Assembly: GCA_001643675.2 (NCBI GenBank)
Contig: LSRY02000016.1
Span: 372,001 to 436,000, forward strand
Length of the DNA stretch: 64,000 nucleotides
Direction: 5' to 3'
From: Monocercomonoides exilis PA203
Lineage: Eukaryota > Protista > Preaxostyla
Shown here: piece by piece, positions 13,001-25,264 of the stretch
How positions within the stretch are numbered: position 1 is the stretch's first letter
Layout: every line of letters begins with the position of its first letter
Notes under the pieces: generated by a model
Told to the model about the DNA's origin: nothing
The model's input: the letters and a program-made list of their open reading frames with translations, nothing else
The model's database searches: none
Position numbers and translations under genes: made by a program

Positions 13001-16000
13001 ACTCTTCACCACAATCATCGACCCTGATTTCTCGTTGCATCCTGTCATCCCCACATTCTGCAGCTCCACCCTCGACCCATCTGATCCTTCAATCAGCCCA
13101 TCCCCAGACACCCTCGACACATTCCTCAGTTCTGCATCCTCCAGCACAATTGATGCCTCGCTTCCAGCTGCAATGCACATCCCATCCCTGTCGAAGTGCA
13201 CAGACTCCAGCCTCAACGACGGCCAAACCACACTCCCGCATGTCACTTTCACCAGCGAAAATCTCACAACAACCCCCGGAGCTTTCAGATCAATCGCACA
13301 CTCCAAAACACTCAAGCTCCCTCCCCTCACCTCAATCAATGCTCCTCCTCCTGATAGAATCGCCGGAATCCACATCTTCACTCTCTTCAGCACCGTGCTC
13401 TTCCACACACAAAACACCCCTTCTCCTTCTCCTTCTCCTTCTCCTTCTCTCCTTGCTGCATTGTCCACCACTGACAGCACAGTCAGCCCTTCGTCTCCAG
13501 TCACCTCATAGCTCCCCGATGTCATCTCCACCTGCTCGCTCACTTCCACCAACTCGTGCACCTCCACTTTGTGCTTCTCACCCCCTTGCCGCTCAAGCGA
13601 ATACTTCAGTGTTCGGCATGTGAAATACTCAAACCCACAGTTTTCGTGATCAGCCCCTCCTCTGCTCGCATGCACAGTCTCCCCAACCTCCTCAAAATAC
13701 ACTTTCACAGGGATCACCAGCGACCTCCACTCTCTGTCTCCTATCCCCGCATAATCCTCCCATCCCCATCCTCCTCCCCGAAGAAACCCAAACTTCTTCA
13801 CACAGCTCACCTTCAGATCTGCAGAGCAGATAAACATCATCTTCCCGCTTTTCGCTTCATTCCCCACAAGTTCCATATTCTCCATCCGAACATCATCTTC
13901 CGCATTTCTCATCTCCACATACAGCCCTCCGCCCCTTCCTTTTCCGCTGCTCCCGCTACCACTTCCTTCTTCAGCCTTGCAACCCTCAATTTTCGTGCTC
14001 ACGCTGCTTCCCCCCAAAACTGCCACACTCCCTTCCACAACTCCCACATACACTCCACCCCCATTCCCACTGCTGCACCTGCACCCCTTCACTGTGGTGT
14101 TACACACAATCACAGTCTCTCCTTCCCTCAGTGTTTTGCTCATCACTGCTCCATTTCCCCTGCTTCGCACAATGTTCCTTATGCTTCCCCCAGCAATTCT
14201 CAGCTCTCCCGGATATCTCGATTCAAGCAGCGCACAGTCTTCCATCTGTATCCCCTCTATCTCGCTGTCTTCAATCTCGCACACCCCGTTTTCAACAACA
14301 AACATCGGTCTTCTGCAAAACACTCCTGCTGCTTCACTCCTCACACTGCACCTCACCAACCGTGCCCTCCCTCCTGCTTCCCTCACACTCATCAGCGACC
14401 CCTCTCCAGATGCCTCTCCATCCATCACAAACACAATCGAGTCCGCTTCAATTGTTCCGCACGTGATCCAGACAAGCGCATCCCCTGCTGCTGCCCATCG
14501 TATTATCGGCCTTTCTCCGCTCCCCTTCACCTCAATCACAATCACCCTATCTTCCACCCCAATCCCTCGCTCTGCAAAAGTGCTTCTGCTCAGCGATATC
14601 TTTTGCTTCAGCTCTGGATTCCACTTCGTCACTCCATACCCTATTGTCTTGCACTCATCTTCCATTGTCCCACAGTGTATCTGGTCTTCCTTCGTCGGAT
14701 TCACATTTATCTCCCCTCGAATGGTGTTCGGTATCCAGCTTGGCCTGCTCTCATTTATTGGGCATGTCCATTCATTCGGTGTGAAGCAGTGCCACACCCT
14801 TGGTTCCGCACTCGTGGAGCTGCATGTGGCAAAATCATTCGCTGCATACAGCGTCTCATGATCTGTTCGGAATGCCACATCATGTCCGTTGCCCAATGTG
14901 CATGAGTTATTCTCAAATAACAAAAATCTCAGTTTCACAGGTTTCACAGTATTTTTATTTCCTTTAAAAATCATAGCCCCTCCGTAATAATGAGCTGAAT
15001 TGTTTGCTAATGAACAATTTGTAATTGCTTGATTCAATGATATTGCGTTCCAAACAACAAGGCATCCTCCATATCTCGGATTGGCGCAATTATTAAGAAA
15101 CGTGCAAGATCCAATGAATAATGCATCGCTAACAGCTGACGAGAACAATCCAGAATAATGTCCTCCAGTATTTTCTGCAAATATTGAAGAAGTGACATAT
15201 ACAGTACCTGCTGCCTTTGTTGTTATATAAACACCTGCACAATAACTTCCACCAGTTTCTTCAACAGAGCAGTTAATGACAGAACTATTCATCATGTTTA
15301 TGAAACCCGTTCCAGTTGCATACACTGCACCTCCATATGAATCTGGCAAAGTGGATTCCAACGAACAATTTCTGAATGTTGTTCGCAAAATTGAAAGTGT
15401 GGCATTCCCCGTGATGCACACCGCTCCTCCGTAACTCCCAATTGTGTGCACTGTGAAAATCGAGTCTTCAAGAATCACATCTCCTGTTGAGTTCTCTTGC
15501 CTCGTCGAGTTCACATTTTGCTCGCACCTCTCAAACGATGTGTTCATCACAAAACAGCATTCTTGCGTGTGATACCCATCATAAAGCATCCCACTGTCTC
15601 CATTTTCCACCCTCTCAAATATTGAAGAAGCAACTCCAATCCTTTCAGCATTGTTCTTCCTGACTCCGTTATCTGCTCCATCACTTTTGCCATCCACTCT
15701 GTCTCCACTGATTCTTCCTGATATGTTCCTGAACAGGCAGTTCTCCACGAAAATCTCTTTCAGACTCCCTCTTGCCAAAGCCATCCCTCCCTCTGCCCTC
15801 AAACACTCAAATCTGCTTTCCTTCAGCTTCACCTCGTTGCCTCTTCCAAATCCCTCCACAACACCGCCTCTCCAATTTCTTTTCTCTTCTCTCATTTTCA
15901 CTGTCATCTCCAGCACAACCCTGCTGTCTTCGCACCAAAACAATCTTTCATCTCCGCCTCCAATCGCAATCTCGCACCAAACAACCTCCAGCAATGATCC

Positions 16001-16327
16001 ATTCAACCTCCCGATCCATTCAAATCCTTCTCTGCTCCCCAGCTCTCCAGATCTTATCACTAACGAGCTGTTGCAACAGTCAAACCTCGTGGAGATTCTG
16101 CTCCGCATCACATCTCTCATCTCGTGATTTTCATGTGCATTCTCGCTCTTTCTTTCTTCCCGCTTTCCATCTCCAATCAAATTTGTGAACAAGCTTGTTT
16201 GCGTCATCAGCCTCTCTTCTTCTTCTTCTTCTTCCTGAAAATCTTTCATTTGCACTCTCTTTCCACTCGTTTCTTCACAAACACCACAAAGCATGGCCAG
16301 CACCCCCAACTCCAGAAATAATATCAT
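4071..16327 (-). CDS. Giant (~4080 aa) single-pass receptor-like protein: signal peptide, beta-helix/Pmp-like ectodomain with 8 CGxxxxxC modules, TM helix, TKL-like pseudokinase; split by 5 homopolymer frameshifts
   Basis: ORFs 12764-16327, 8881-12810, 5292-8843, 4288-5424 and 4071-4442 are collinear with the intact paralog at 38481-47618. GGA(V/I) and FxxN motifs; TM WPLVVIIMAVVLFVILIIAVVTTV; C-lobe RWKAPEL...VFSVGMMLWECLTLKIPF. Confidence 0.85.
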
Positions 16328-18331
16328 TTCTCAATCAATCGCACTCCTTCACAACAGTTCAAATTTCGAATCACAAAAATAAACGACGGATCCAAGATCA
16401 CAGACCCCTATTTTATCGGATTTGAAATAAAAAATTATATAATAAAAATATTTCAAATTTCTTTTCCACAAACTCTCTTTCCTGTGTCTTCTTTCTTCAA
16501 CAAGTATCAATTTCTTTTCTTTTTTTTCTTTTTAGATTTCATGGTTCATTTTGTTATTTTTCCCTCTTGTTTTTTCATTCAAGTTAATAGCAGGATTGCT
16601 CACTTTTCAGTCCTTGTTCAAAAAAACAAAAAACAAAAACAAAAAAAACAAAAATCAAGATTATATAAGAATAGTTGAAAATAAAAAATCATCAAACGTT
16701 TTTTTTTTTTTTTTTTGATGCTGGAGCATTCATAGGGGAATATTCAATCTTTTTCTCAGAATCTCCTTCGCTTTGTCTTTTGCTTCCATTTCTCCAAGAA
16801 GATCCAAGTTAAATGCTTTCTTCATCACGAAAAAAGTGCTGAAACACTGAAACGAGCTTTCTGCACAGCCTGCAAAAATAAATACATTCGTTTTGTATTT
16901 TTTTCGTAATTTCAAAAGAAAATGAACCAAAAAGAAAACAGAGTGATAAAAAAAATAGTCGCCAAAAATACAACAATTCTGAATTTTCTTTTCCAAAATT
17001 GAAGCAGCTATCCAATAAATATCTTTACAAAAACATCCTCCACAACAATGGATTTTGACAGAACAATTTGCACAAAACCAGGAAAAAAAAGCAGCAAAGC
17101 ACTCAAGGCATCAAATACCATCTCATTTTCATAAAAACAAAACAATAAATCCATGAATTTGTTCGCACAGCCATGAACACACTTTTCATTTCATCCTTCT
17201 TGCCACATCTTCGGAGCACTCATCCCGCCACGGACCTCATACAATTTCCCTGTTTCTGATTCTGTTTCTGCGTTATTGCCTCCTCCATCGACTCGAATCC
17301 TTCTTTGTCTTTGTTCAGCTTGCCTCCCTTCCCTTGTTTCTGTGCTGGCTGTAGACTGATGCTTCTGCTTCCTTTTGGCCATAATCTTTCTTTTCCCTCA
17401 TCCATCGGAGCCTGGTTGATGCTCTGCATCGCTCGCCTGCAAGCCATTAAAGATAATGGATCTCGAATAATACTGGCTGTTTTGCATGCAGTATATCTTC
17501 ATTTGCTCACAGCAAAAACAATTTGTTCCCCGCTGGTGATAGAAACAGTAGTGGCGCTGCATCCTTCAGCAATAAGCAGTCAGCAAAGTCATCCTTATTG
17601 CGCATTTATCGCTTCAAAAAAATGTGCATTGAAGCATTTTTGCTTGCTATGCTTTTTTGCTTTCTTCCACTCCACTTTTGCTTGATTTGCGCATGCTTTC
17701 TTCTTTCTTTTTGCCCAATGGCATTGAAATCAAAAAATAAGATGCTCAATGCTCCTGAACACAATTAATCCAGATTTATGGTGGAAAGCAACACATTTCA
17801 CACTCTTGATAGCATCGCCTAAAATGGAGTTTACCTTTTCACAAAGTGTTGTCGTGCGCTAGCTGCATCAAAGCGTCTGCTCTGTGAATATTGTATTTTG
17901 AGCTCATTGCTGCAATGAAATTTTGCAGCTGATATATTTATATCTGAAGCAATATAACAATTCAGAGCAGTTACGCCCCTTCTTAGGATAAATTGATTCT
18001 AATTCTTCTCGGCTCTTCAAAGCTTTCTCAAAAAGTCGATATGTTTCGTTTTTAATATTGGGTATCATCAAAATATTTTAATAAAAAAGGAAATGGATGA
18101 GAATCCTTTTTCAAGTTGATTTTTGAATATATTTTGCTGCAATTTTTTTTTCCCAAAATTGAATGATTTGATTGTTCTTTCCATTATTTTAGATAAAAAT
18201 TATGAAAGAATAAATTTTCATGAATATAACTATAATTCTAATTTGTTTAAAAGAAGATGATGAAATAAATTAAAGATATTACCACGTTTTAAAAATCAAA
18301 ATGAAGAAAGTTTTTATTCACATTTTGTACA

Positions 18332-21300
18332 TTAAGATGAAATGTTGTGATAAAATCTAGGTGAAATTGTCCTCTGTGGAGGGTTTAAAGTGTTATAATT
18401 TGTATTGTTTGAAGTGAAATCTTCAAAACTTTCTGTGTCCAAAGTCTGATGTTGTCTGTCAGGAGTGTGGAGATCATTGATGATTTCATCTTTGCAATGC
18501 AAAACTGCTTCTAATTTTTGAGGAGAATTGCTGGGCTCCTCAGATTCAGTATCTGTAATAGGCGATTCTTCGAATGATCTTGCTGATTCAAGATGAGATG
18601 AATGCGCATGCTTCGAAGATAACTTGAGTCGAGGAACTTCTGGCGGTTGCTTATTTGATGAGGATGTATCTTCTTTTGTATTGTCAGAATATTCGTCTCT
18701 GGAATGACTCAGTGATTGCGATTGAAATTGCGTGGAAGCAGATACGCGATCAGACCTTTCTTCAGAAGGAATTGGCTGAAGAGAGGATTTGGAAAAATCT
18801 GGAGTTGAAGAATGAGACGATGAGATAGATTGAACTGCATGCGGAGGCACAAAGAAAGCTGAGAGCTGAGGAGAAATGAGTTGATTCCGTAGGTTTGATG
18901 AAGAAAAAAATTGTGGCTGCTTAAAAGTTTGGCTTGGAATAAACGAACTGCGAAGTGAGGCAGAAGTTGTGCTATTTGGCATTACCGAAGAAGCAGTGCG
19001 AAGTGAATGAAATGGAGCTGACGTGAGATTGGATGATAAAAGCGAGTCTTTTGTGTTCATAGGAGCTTTTGATGATATAAGCGAACTTCGTTCATTTCGA
19101 GCCATCAAACCAATTCCGTTCATGGCCTTTGTAATCCGCTCCGTATCGTCAACAAGTTGCGAAAAGAGAGAGTGAAATGATGTACTCAACTGAGACGAGG
19201 CTAACTTTGGAGCAAAACTGTCATTATCTGGAAATGCACGAGTTAAAGACGCTGACGAATGAGCAAAATGAGATGTGGAAGAACGCTCCGGTGTTTGAAA
19301 GCGAGAAAAAGAATATCTGTGCGGTGGAGAAAGAGAAGAAGAAGAAATCTGCCTCCGAGGCGTTATGAAAACTGAACTCGAAAGAAGTGATCTGGAATTC
19401 TTTTGTCGCGTATCGTCTCGATGAGAAACGAAGCTATTGCGTTTATTTGATATGCCAGAACGTCTTGATGCTCTTTCTTTTGCTTTTATTCTCGTTTTCT
19501 TCTTTTTTCCCACTGCTCTGTCTGTAAGCAAAAGATCACTCGCAGAATCTTCACTATCGTTTTGTGTGCTGCTATCCGAGCTACTAACTTGTTCTTTTTC
19601 ATCTTCAGATATTCTGCTCATCTTCAATTCTACATTCTCTTTTTGTAGCTGCTCCATTGCCTCTCTCATCAAAGCTATTTTTTTCGTTTCTGTTGTTTGC
19701 TTTTCTTTTGTTGATTTTCGTTGCTGTTCTAATAATTGCGATTTCTGGAGCGATAATGAGATGGACTTTTCTTCGGCCTCACGCTCTTTTTGAATTGCCA
19801 GCTTCATTTTTCTCTTTGCAGCTTCAAGTTCAGAGCGAAGCTTGTCCTGTTCAGCCAGCAGCTGTTCTTTCATGTCAGCAGCTTCTTTCATTCTTTCGTT
19901 GAGTTCTTTTTTCTTTTCATCAAGAGCATCTTTCTCTTTGTTTAGCATTTCCTCTTTCTCCTTCACTTCTCGAGACTTCGCAGCAACAGCTCCACTCAGT
20001 GCTGATAGAGAAGCAAAGTGCTTGTTGAGTTCATTTTCTTTCAATGCAAGTTCAGCAGCAGCCTTTTCTTGGTACTTGCTTTGCTCTTCTGCCTGATCAA
20101 GAAGTGACTGATGGTGCGACAATATTCTGGTTTGAGTTGGATCTGACATCAGAAACAAAATGATAATTAAAACATAAATTTCATTGGAATATATTTTAGC
20201 ATATATTTAGGAAATAATAAAAAGAAAATTTAGAAATATTTAATAAAAATCACCAAACCAGAGGCAATCGCATCTGAATGCAGTTGAATCAAAGCCAAAT
20301 ATCGTTCTTTTTCCAACTGAGCTTTTTTCTTTTCTTCTGCTGCTTCTTCTGCCATTCGCTGGATTTTTTCGCGATTCTTTGCCAAATCACTTCTTTCGCT
20401 TTCAAGCTGCTGTGACATCAATTCCAATTGACGCTTTTGTTCAGATATTGCTTCTTTTATTTCTTTCTCTTTCTCAATTTCTTTTTCCTTTTTTGATTTC
20501 CTCTTCAAAATGCTTCCTTTCCTTTGGTGTGAAGAATCTGTTGAATCAACAGAATCACTGTCTTTTCCTGAATCTTCGTCAAAGGAATCATCGGAGCTTG
20601 AAGATGGAGAAGATAAAACACTTCTCCCTTTCCTCCTCTTTTCCGAAGGCATCTTTCTTTTTTTATGTGCTTTCTTCTTCTTTTCATCTTCTCTACTTCT
20701 TTCTTTGCTGCTCTCTCTTTCTTGCAGAAGTTTCTGAAGTTCTTTCACATCCATTGCAAGTTCCTCTCTTTGCTTCTGCTCCTTTCTAAGTTGTTTTACC
20801 AGTTTTGTTGTTAATTCATCATCTCCTGAATCTTCACTCGTATTATTTCTTTCTTGCATTGATTTTGAACCATTATTTTTGAGGCGTTCGTTTTCTTGCT
20901 TCATTCTGCTCACTTCCAAAGTTAGTGACTTTAACTGATCAGCAATCGTTAACGATTTATTTTGTGACTTTTCTCCTTCATCTCCAATCAATTCCTTTTG
21001 TTCAGACTCATCGACTTCTTTCAGTATTGCTATTTCTTCCTTCAGCCGCTTGTTTTCAGATTTCAATGCGGCGATCTGTTTTTGCAATGCGGCGCAGCGT
21101 GGACAATTAGAAGAAGCTGAGCCACGAGGCGAAACAGAAGGGCACGAAGATACACTGCTTAGCGCATGAGGCTTCAAAGAAGAAGACGAAGTTTGCTCTT
21201 TAGCTATTTTCTGCGATCCTTTTTTAGTAAGTCCGGAAATTGCAGATTGTTTAGGCTGAACGGGCTGTTGGGATGCTTGTTTCTTTGGCTGCTTATCAGG

Positions 21301-23650
21301 AACAGATACAGGCGAAACTGACTTACTTTGTGGACTTTTAGGAGGTGGAGTGCTAAATGAAGTGGAGTTGTTTGGTGATGAAATGGGAGTGTTTGAAATT
21401 TGAGAAGAATTTGCCATTGGCTCAGGAGTTGACGAAGCCTGTGAAGCATCAGAAGACAAGCCAGACAATGGTTGGGGTGCCTGAAATGGTGAAGTGGAAG
21501 CCGGCTGTTGTGGTTCTTCCGATTTGTTTGCTTCAGATTCAGAAGAATTAGCAATGAGATTCTGAGAATCACTTTGCAATTGAGAAGAGGGTGAAGTCAC
21601 GGGTGTTTGTTTTGGAGCGCTGGAAAATTTTCCTGAAATAGTACTTTCAACAGTTAAATTCTTTTGGTCTTCATTCGAAGATGAAGATGCCAAGTTTCTG
21701 TTTTCTTTATTTTCTGATGTTGCACTTGAAGTTGCGCGTTGGCTAGCCTTCGTTTTTTTCTCCAAGTCTTTTTGATAATCTGACGGTGTATTTTGCGAAG
21801 TTGTCTCGAAACGAGATCTCGCAGAAGTTGGTTGTGTACCAAAGGAAGGTTGTGTGGGAGATAAAGAAGACATAGCAGTTAAAGGTCGTTTTGAATTTGT
21901 TGAAGTTGACTGAGCTGCGATAGAAGAAAGAGGAGGTGTCGAAGGAGCAGAAACTGTAGAAACATCTGAGACTGAAGAAACAGATCTGCGCCGAGTGAAG
22001 ACAGACGAGTCTGGCGCCGTTGATGGAGACAGCAATAATGGAAACGGTGCTAGCTGTGATGCAGCTTGGGCATTAGAATGTTTTGTTGTGTTTGAAGAAG
22101 AAGATGATTGTGTGGGTGTTGGCGTTGATGCAGGAGTTGAAGAGCGAGGAACGCTCATTGGCCTTCCTCTGCGCTTGGGAGTTGCAGAAGGCTGCTGTTG
22201 AGATCGTGCTGATTGCTGAGCATTTGCTGTCAGTGAAGGCTGGGATGGCATCACAGGAGGAAAAGATTCAGAAGAAGCAGCCAGTGGAAGAGAAGGAATT
22301 GAAATGGTAATATCGTTCATTGAGGACGACGAGCGTGAAAGCGCTGGTGAGTTTCCATTTGCCTGTGGTTCTGAAATGGAACTACCAGCACCCCTGCTGT
22401 TACTATCTCTTCTTTCAGTTTGGCCTATGACATTTCTTGGGCTTCTTGTTGCGTCAGATGCAAATACTTCTTTTTTCTCTGTAAGCGGTTCATTCTTCGC
22501 AGACTTGTTGTTGTTCTTCTTCTTGACAGAAAATCCGAGCACTGCCATATTTGAAAGCTCGTCTTCCTCGGGCATGTCATCTGGGAAAAGAAGCGGTGAA
22601 TCATCAAAGCCAAAAGGATCTGATCCTTGTTGAATTGGTGATTGTGGAGGTGCGAAAGTCGAAGGAGCCATTGAAGAGAATGTTGGGGGAGCAGCAGAAG
22701 ACACGGGCGTTGAAGAAGCAGAAGGAATGACAGAAGTTGAAGTTTGATAAGCTGATGTGGGTGACTGAAATGATGGAAATGAAGGTTGTCCTCCTCCTGA
22801 TGAAGAAGCCGATGTTGGTTTCAATGAAGAAAAAGTTGATGAAGAAGGAGCATATGCATCAGAAAATGTTGTAGCGGATGGAGTTATTTTCTGATAATTA
22901 TTTGCGTCGTTGCTCTCTATTGATGTTGATTGCGGTGATTTCGCCATTGTTGAAGATGTTGAAGAATTGTGTGAGTTTAGTCGATTTGATGATGCATTTC
23001 CGTTTGAGAAAGAGCTTCTACGCGCTGAAAAGGAGGACGTCGAAGGAGAAAAGTGTCCTTTATAAGGTTCAAATGAAACATCATCATCTCCTGTTGGTCT
23101 CTTGAAACGAACAGCCTTTTGTTTTGATCCAGTTGAGATATCTTCATGACCTGATGCTTGCGAAAAAGGGGTTTGAGCAAGAGGAATGGTCTCTTGAATT
23201 GTTGGATAAGCGTTTGATAACGATGTTTTGTCCGATTGTGTTTGTATTTTTTGCGGATAAGCAGAAGAGTTGCTAAATTTATTACCACCAGATATTGATT
23301 CAGAAGTTGGAATTGGAGATGCAAAGCGTGTTGGTGAAATCGAACCTTGAGAAACTGGTGTTTGTGGTCGAGAAGAAAGTTGGATGTTTGGGGTTTCAGC
23401 TCGGGATGACAACTGAGAACGTTCAGTCGTGGATCCTGCCGCTGAAACTCCAAGCACAGCTTTTCAATAAAACAAATTAAAATTAATAGGCGAAATACAA
23501 AAAATCATTTGATATTTTTATTCTTGTCTGAAAAATAAATAATACCATACAAGAGCTCAATCCCTGCTTTCCTAGAGTAAAGAGCGAACCTCCTCCAGAT
23601 GAAGCTGTTTTCAGATGAGCCAATCTTGAAGAAGGCCGTTGAAAAGACAT
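18332..23650 (-). CDS. Large Ser/Pro-rich disordered and coiled-coil protein (~1700 aa), function unknown; 3 exons
   Basis: ATG 23650; GT-AG introns 23550-23460 and 20258-20143 join the two long ORFs in frame (SSS-VLGV; ASD-PTQ); long E/K/Q heptad stretches; TAA at 18332. Confidence 0.75.
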
Positions 23651-23772
23651 TTAAATAATTGCAACAAGTTAAGCACGTAAATAACTCCTACGAGTTGAGA
23701 AAAAGTTGAAAAATCAAAACTTGAAAAAATTATAATGGTTATTCTCAATAATTGAATTAGCTCGCTTTTGTC
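23651..23772. promoter_or_regulatory. Putative bidirectional promoter (122 bp between divergent ATGs)
   Basis: ATG 23650 (minus) and ATG 23773 (plus) are head-to-head. Confidence 0.55.
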
Positions 23773-24690
23773 ATGGATGATTTAAAAGACGATAGAGAAT
23801 ATCAATACTTGGTTAAACTTATTTGAATTTGTATATTATTTTGCGAAAATTATTTGGTACTGTATTTTAAATGAAAATTATGATAATAGCAAGACTGTGC
23901 AATTTGTCTCACTCCTTTCACTGAACATTCGCATCAACCATTTGCATTGAAATGCGGACATATTTTTGGCCATTGTTGCATATCTAAATGGGTTTATAAT
24001 TTTTTTTTTTCATTAAATTAACATTGAAATGAATATTATTCTAAAAACCAAAGGCGGAAGAAAAAAAGCTATGTCCAAAATGCCGCCGAACATTCAAATT
24101 ATCAGAAGGAAGGTTAATATGCTTCCCGCTCACTGGTATAGTTCAAACAGTTAATGAAGTTGACGAAATAACTTTACAATCAATAAAAGAGGTTTGTATT
24201 TACTAAAAAATCTGAAATAAATGAATAATTCAATTTGTTGCAGAAAGAAAAATATGTTTCAAAGTTACATACTGAAATAATGAAAAAGAAAATTTTACTA
24301 ATGTCAAAGCAGCAGACTCTCATAAAATTAAAGCAAAAGTTATCTTCATTGGATTCAAAGAATAAATTGCAAGGCATAGCCATGCCTCATTCACCTCCAC
24401 AAGAAATTAAAAGTCCTTGGATTAAGCAAAAAGATCAAACAAAATTGGCAGCAACGATTCCATCATTTTCTTCCACCATGAAAGAAAAATTAATTCAATC
24501 TGCAAACTCTTCCTTTCAACCAGAGAAATTGTCTAATATCTGCCAAAATTGCAGTTCAAGTACAGACACATCTCATTTGCAAACTCATGCTCCTCGCTCT
24601 CCTTCTAATCAACAATCTCCATTGAATCGGTTGCTAAAAGCAAAATCAATCATCAGATCACGCATGGCAGCTGTTCCCAACACGACTTGA
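23773..24690 (+). CDS. RING-finger E3 ubiquitin ligase with RFWD3-type RING and coiled coil; 4 exons
   Basis: Exons 23773-23811, 23890-23991, 24054-24191 and 24244-24690 give MDDLKDDREYQYLQDCAICLTPFTEHSHQPFALKCGHIFGHCCISKWAEEKKLCPKCRR...; CGHxFGxxCIxxW is the RFWD3-like RING signature. Confidence 0.8.
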
Positions 24691-25264
24691 ACGAAACCAG
24701 TCAATGCAGTTATAATATTGTTGAATGTTGCTCGATTGCATTCCGTTGTGGAAAAGTTCCGCTGATTGTTACGGTTATATGCGCATATTTTTCAAACAAT
24801 CAGATGCGACATGTTATTTGATCTATGTTCGCAGATTTTGACTTTCAGTTCTGATAGAAATATTTAAATTCATGTTCTGTTTTTTTACATGTTATTTTTC
24901 TTTTTCAATCAAATGTTCAAACAAAACTTGGTAAAAATCTCGATAAATTAAAAATGAATATTACAGTAAATGATAAACATAAGAAAAGGATAAGATATTT
25001 TCAGATAAGAAAACCCTTCATACAAGCACGGCTGTTATACCGTCCATAGTGTTGTTATATCAACTCAGAAACACAACAAAAGCAACGAAGCAACAAAGTT
25101 TTGAGAGTAAAGTACAGTTGTAAAAATTTTATGAAAAGTGTCTCAAGTCGATCACTCAAATAAAAGCCACAATCTCAAAACAATAATCATATACTCATTT
25201 CTATCAAACAACATATTTTTTTTTAAAAAAAAAATGAAGTGATCAGATTACTTTTTTTTTTCTT

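Noticed and set aside
5417-16188. Many long plus-strand Pro/Ser/His-rich ORFs (up to 456 aa) antisense to receptor 1
   Set aside because: By-product of extreme C-richness, which depletes stop codons; no domain signal, and the minus strand carries the conserved protein.
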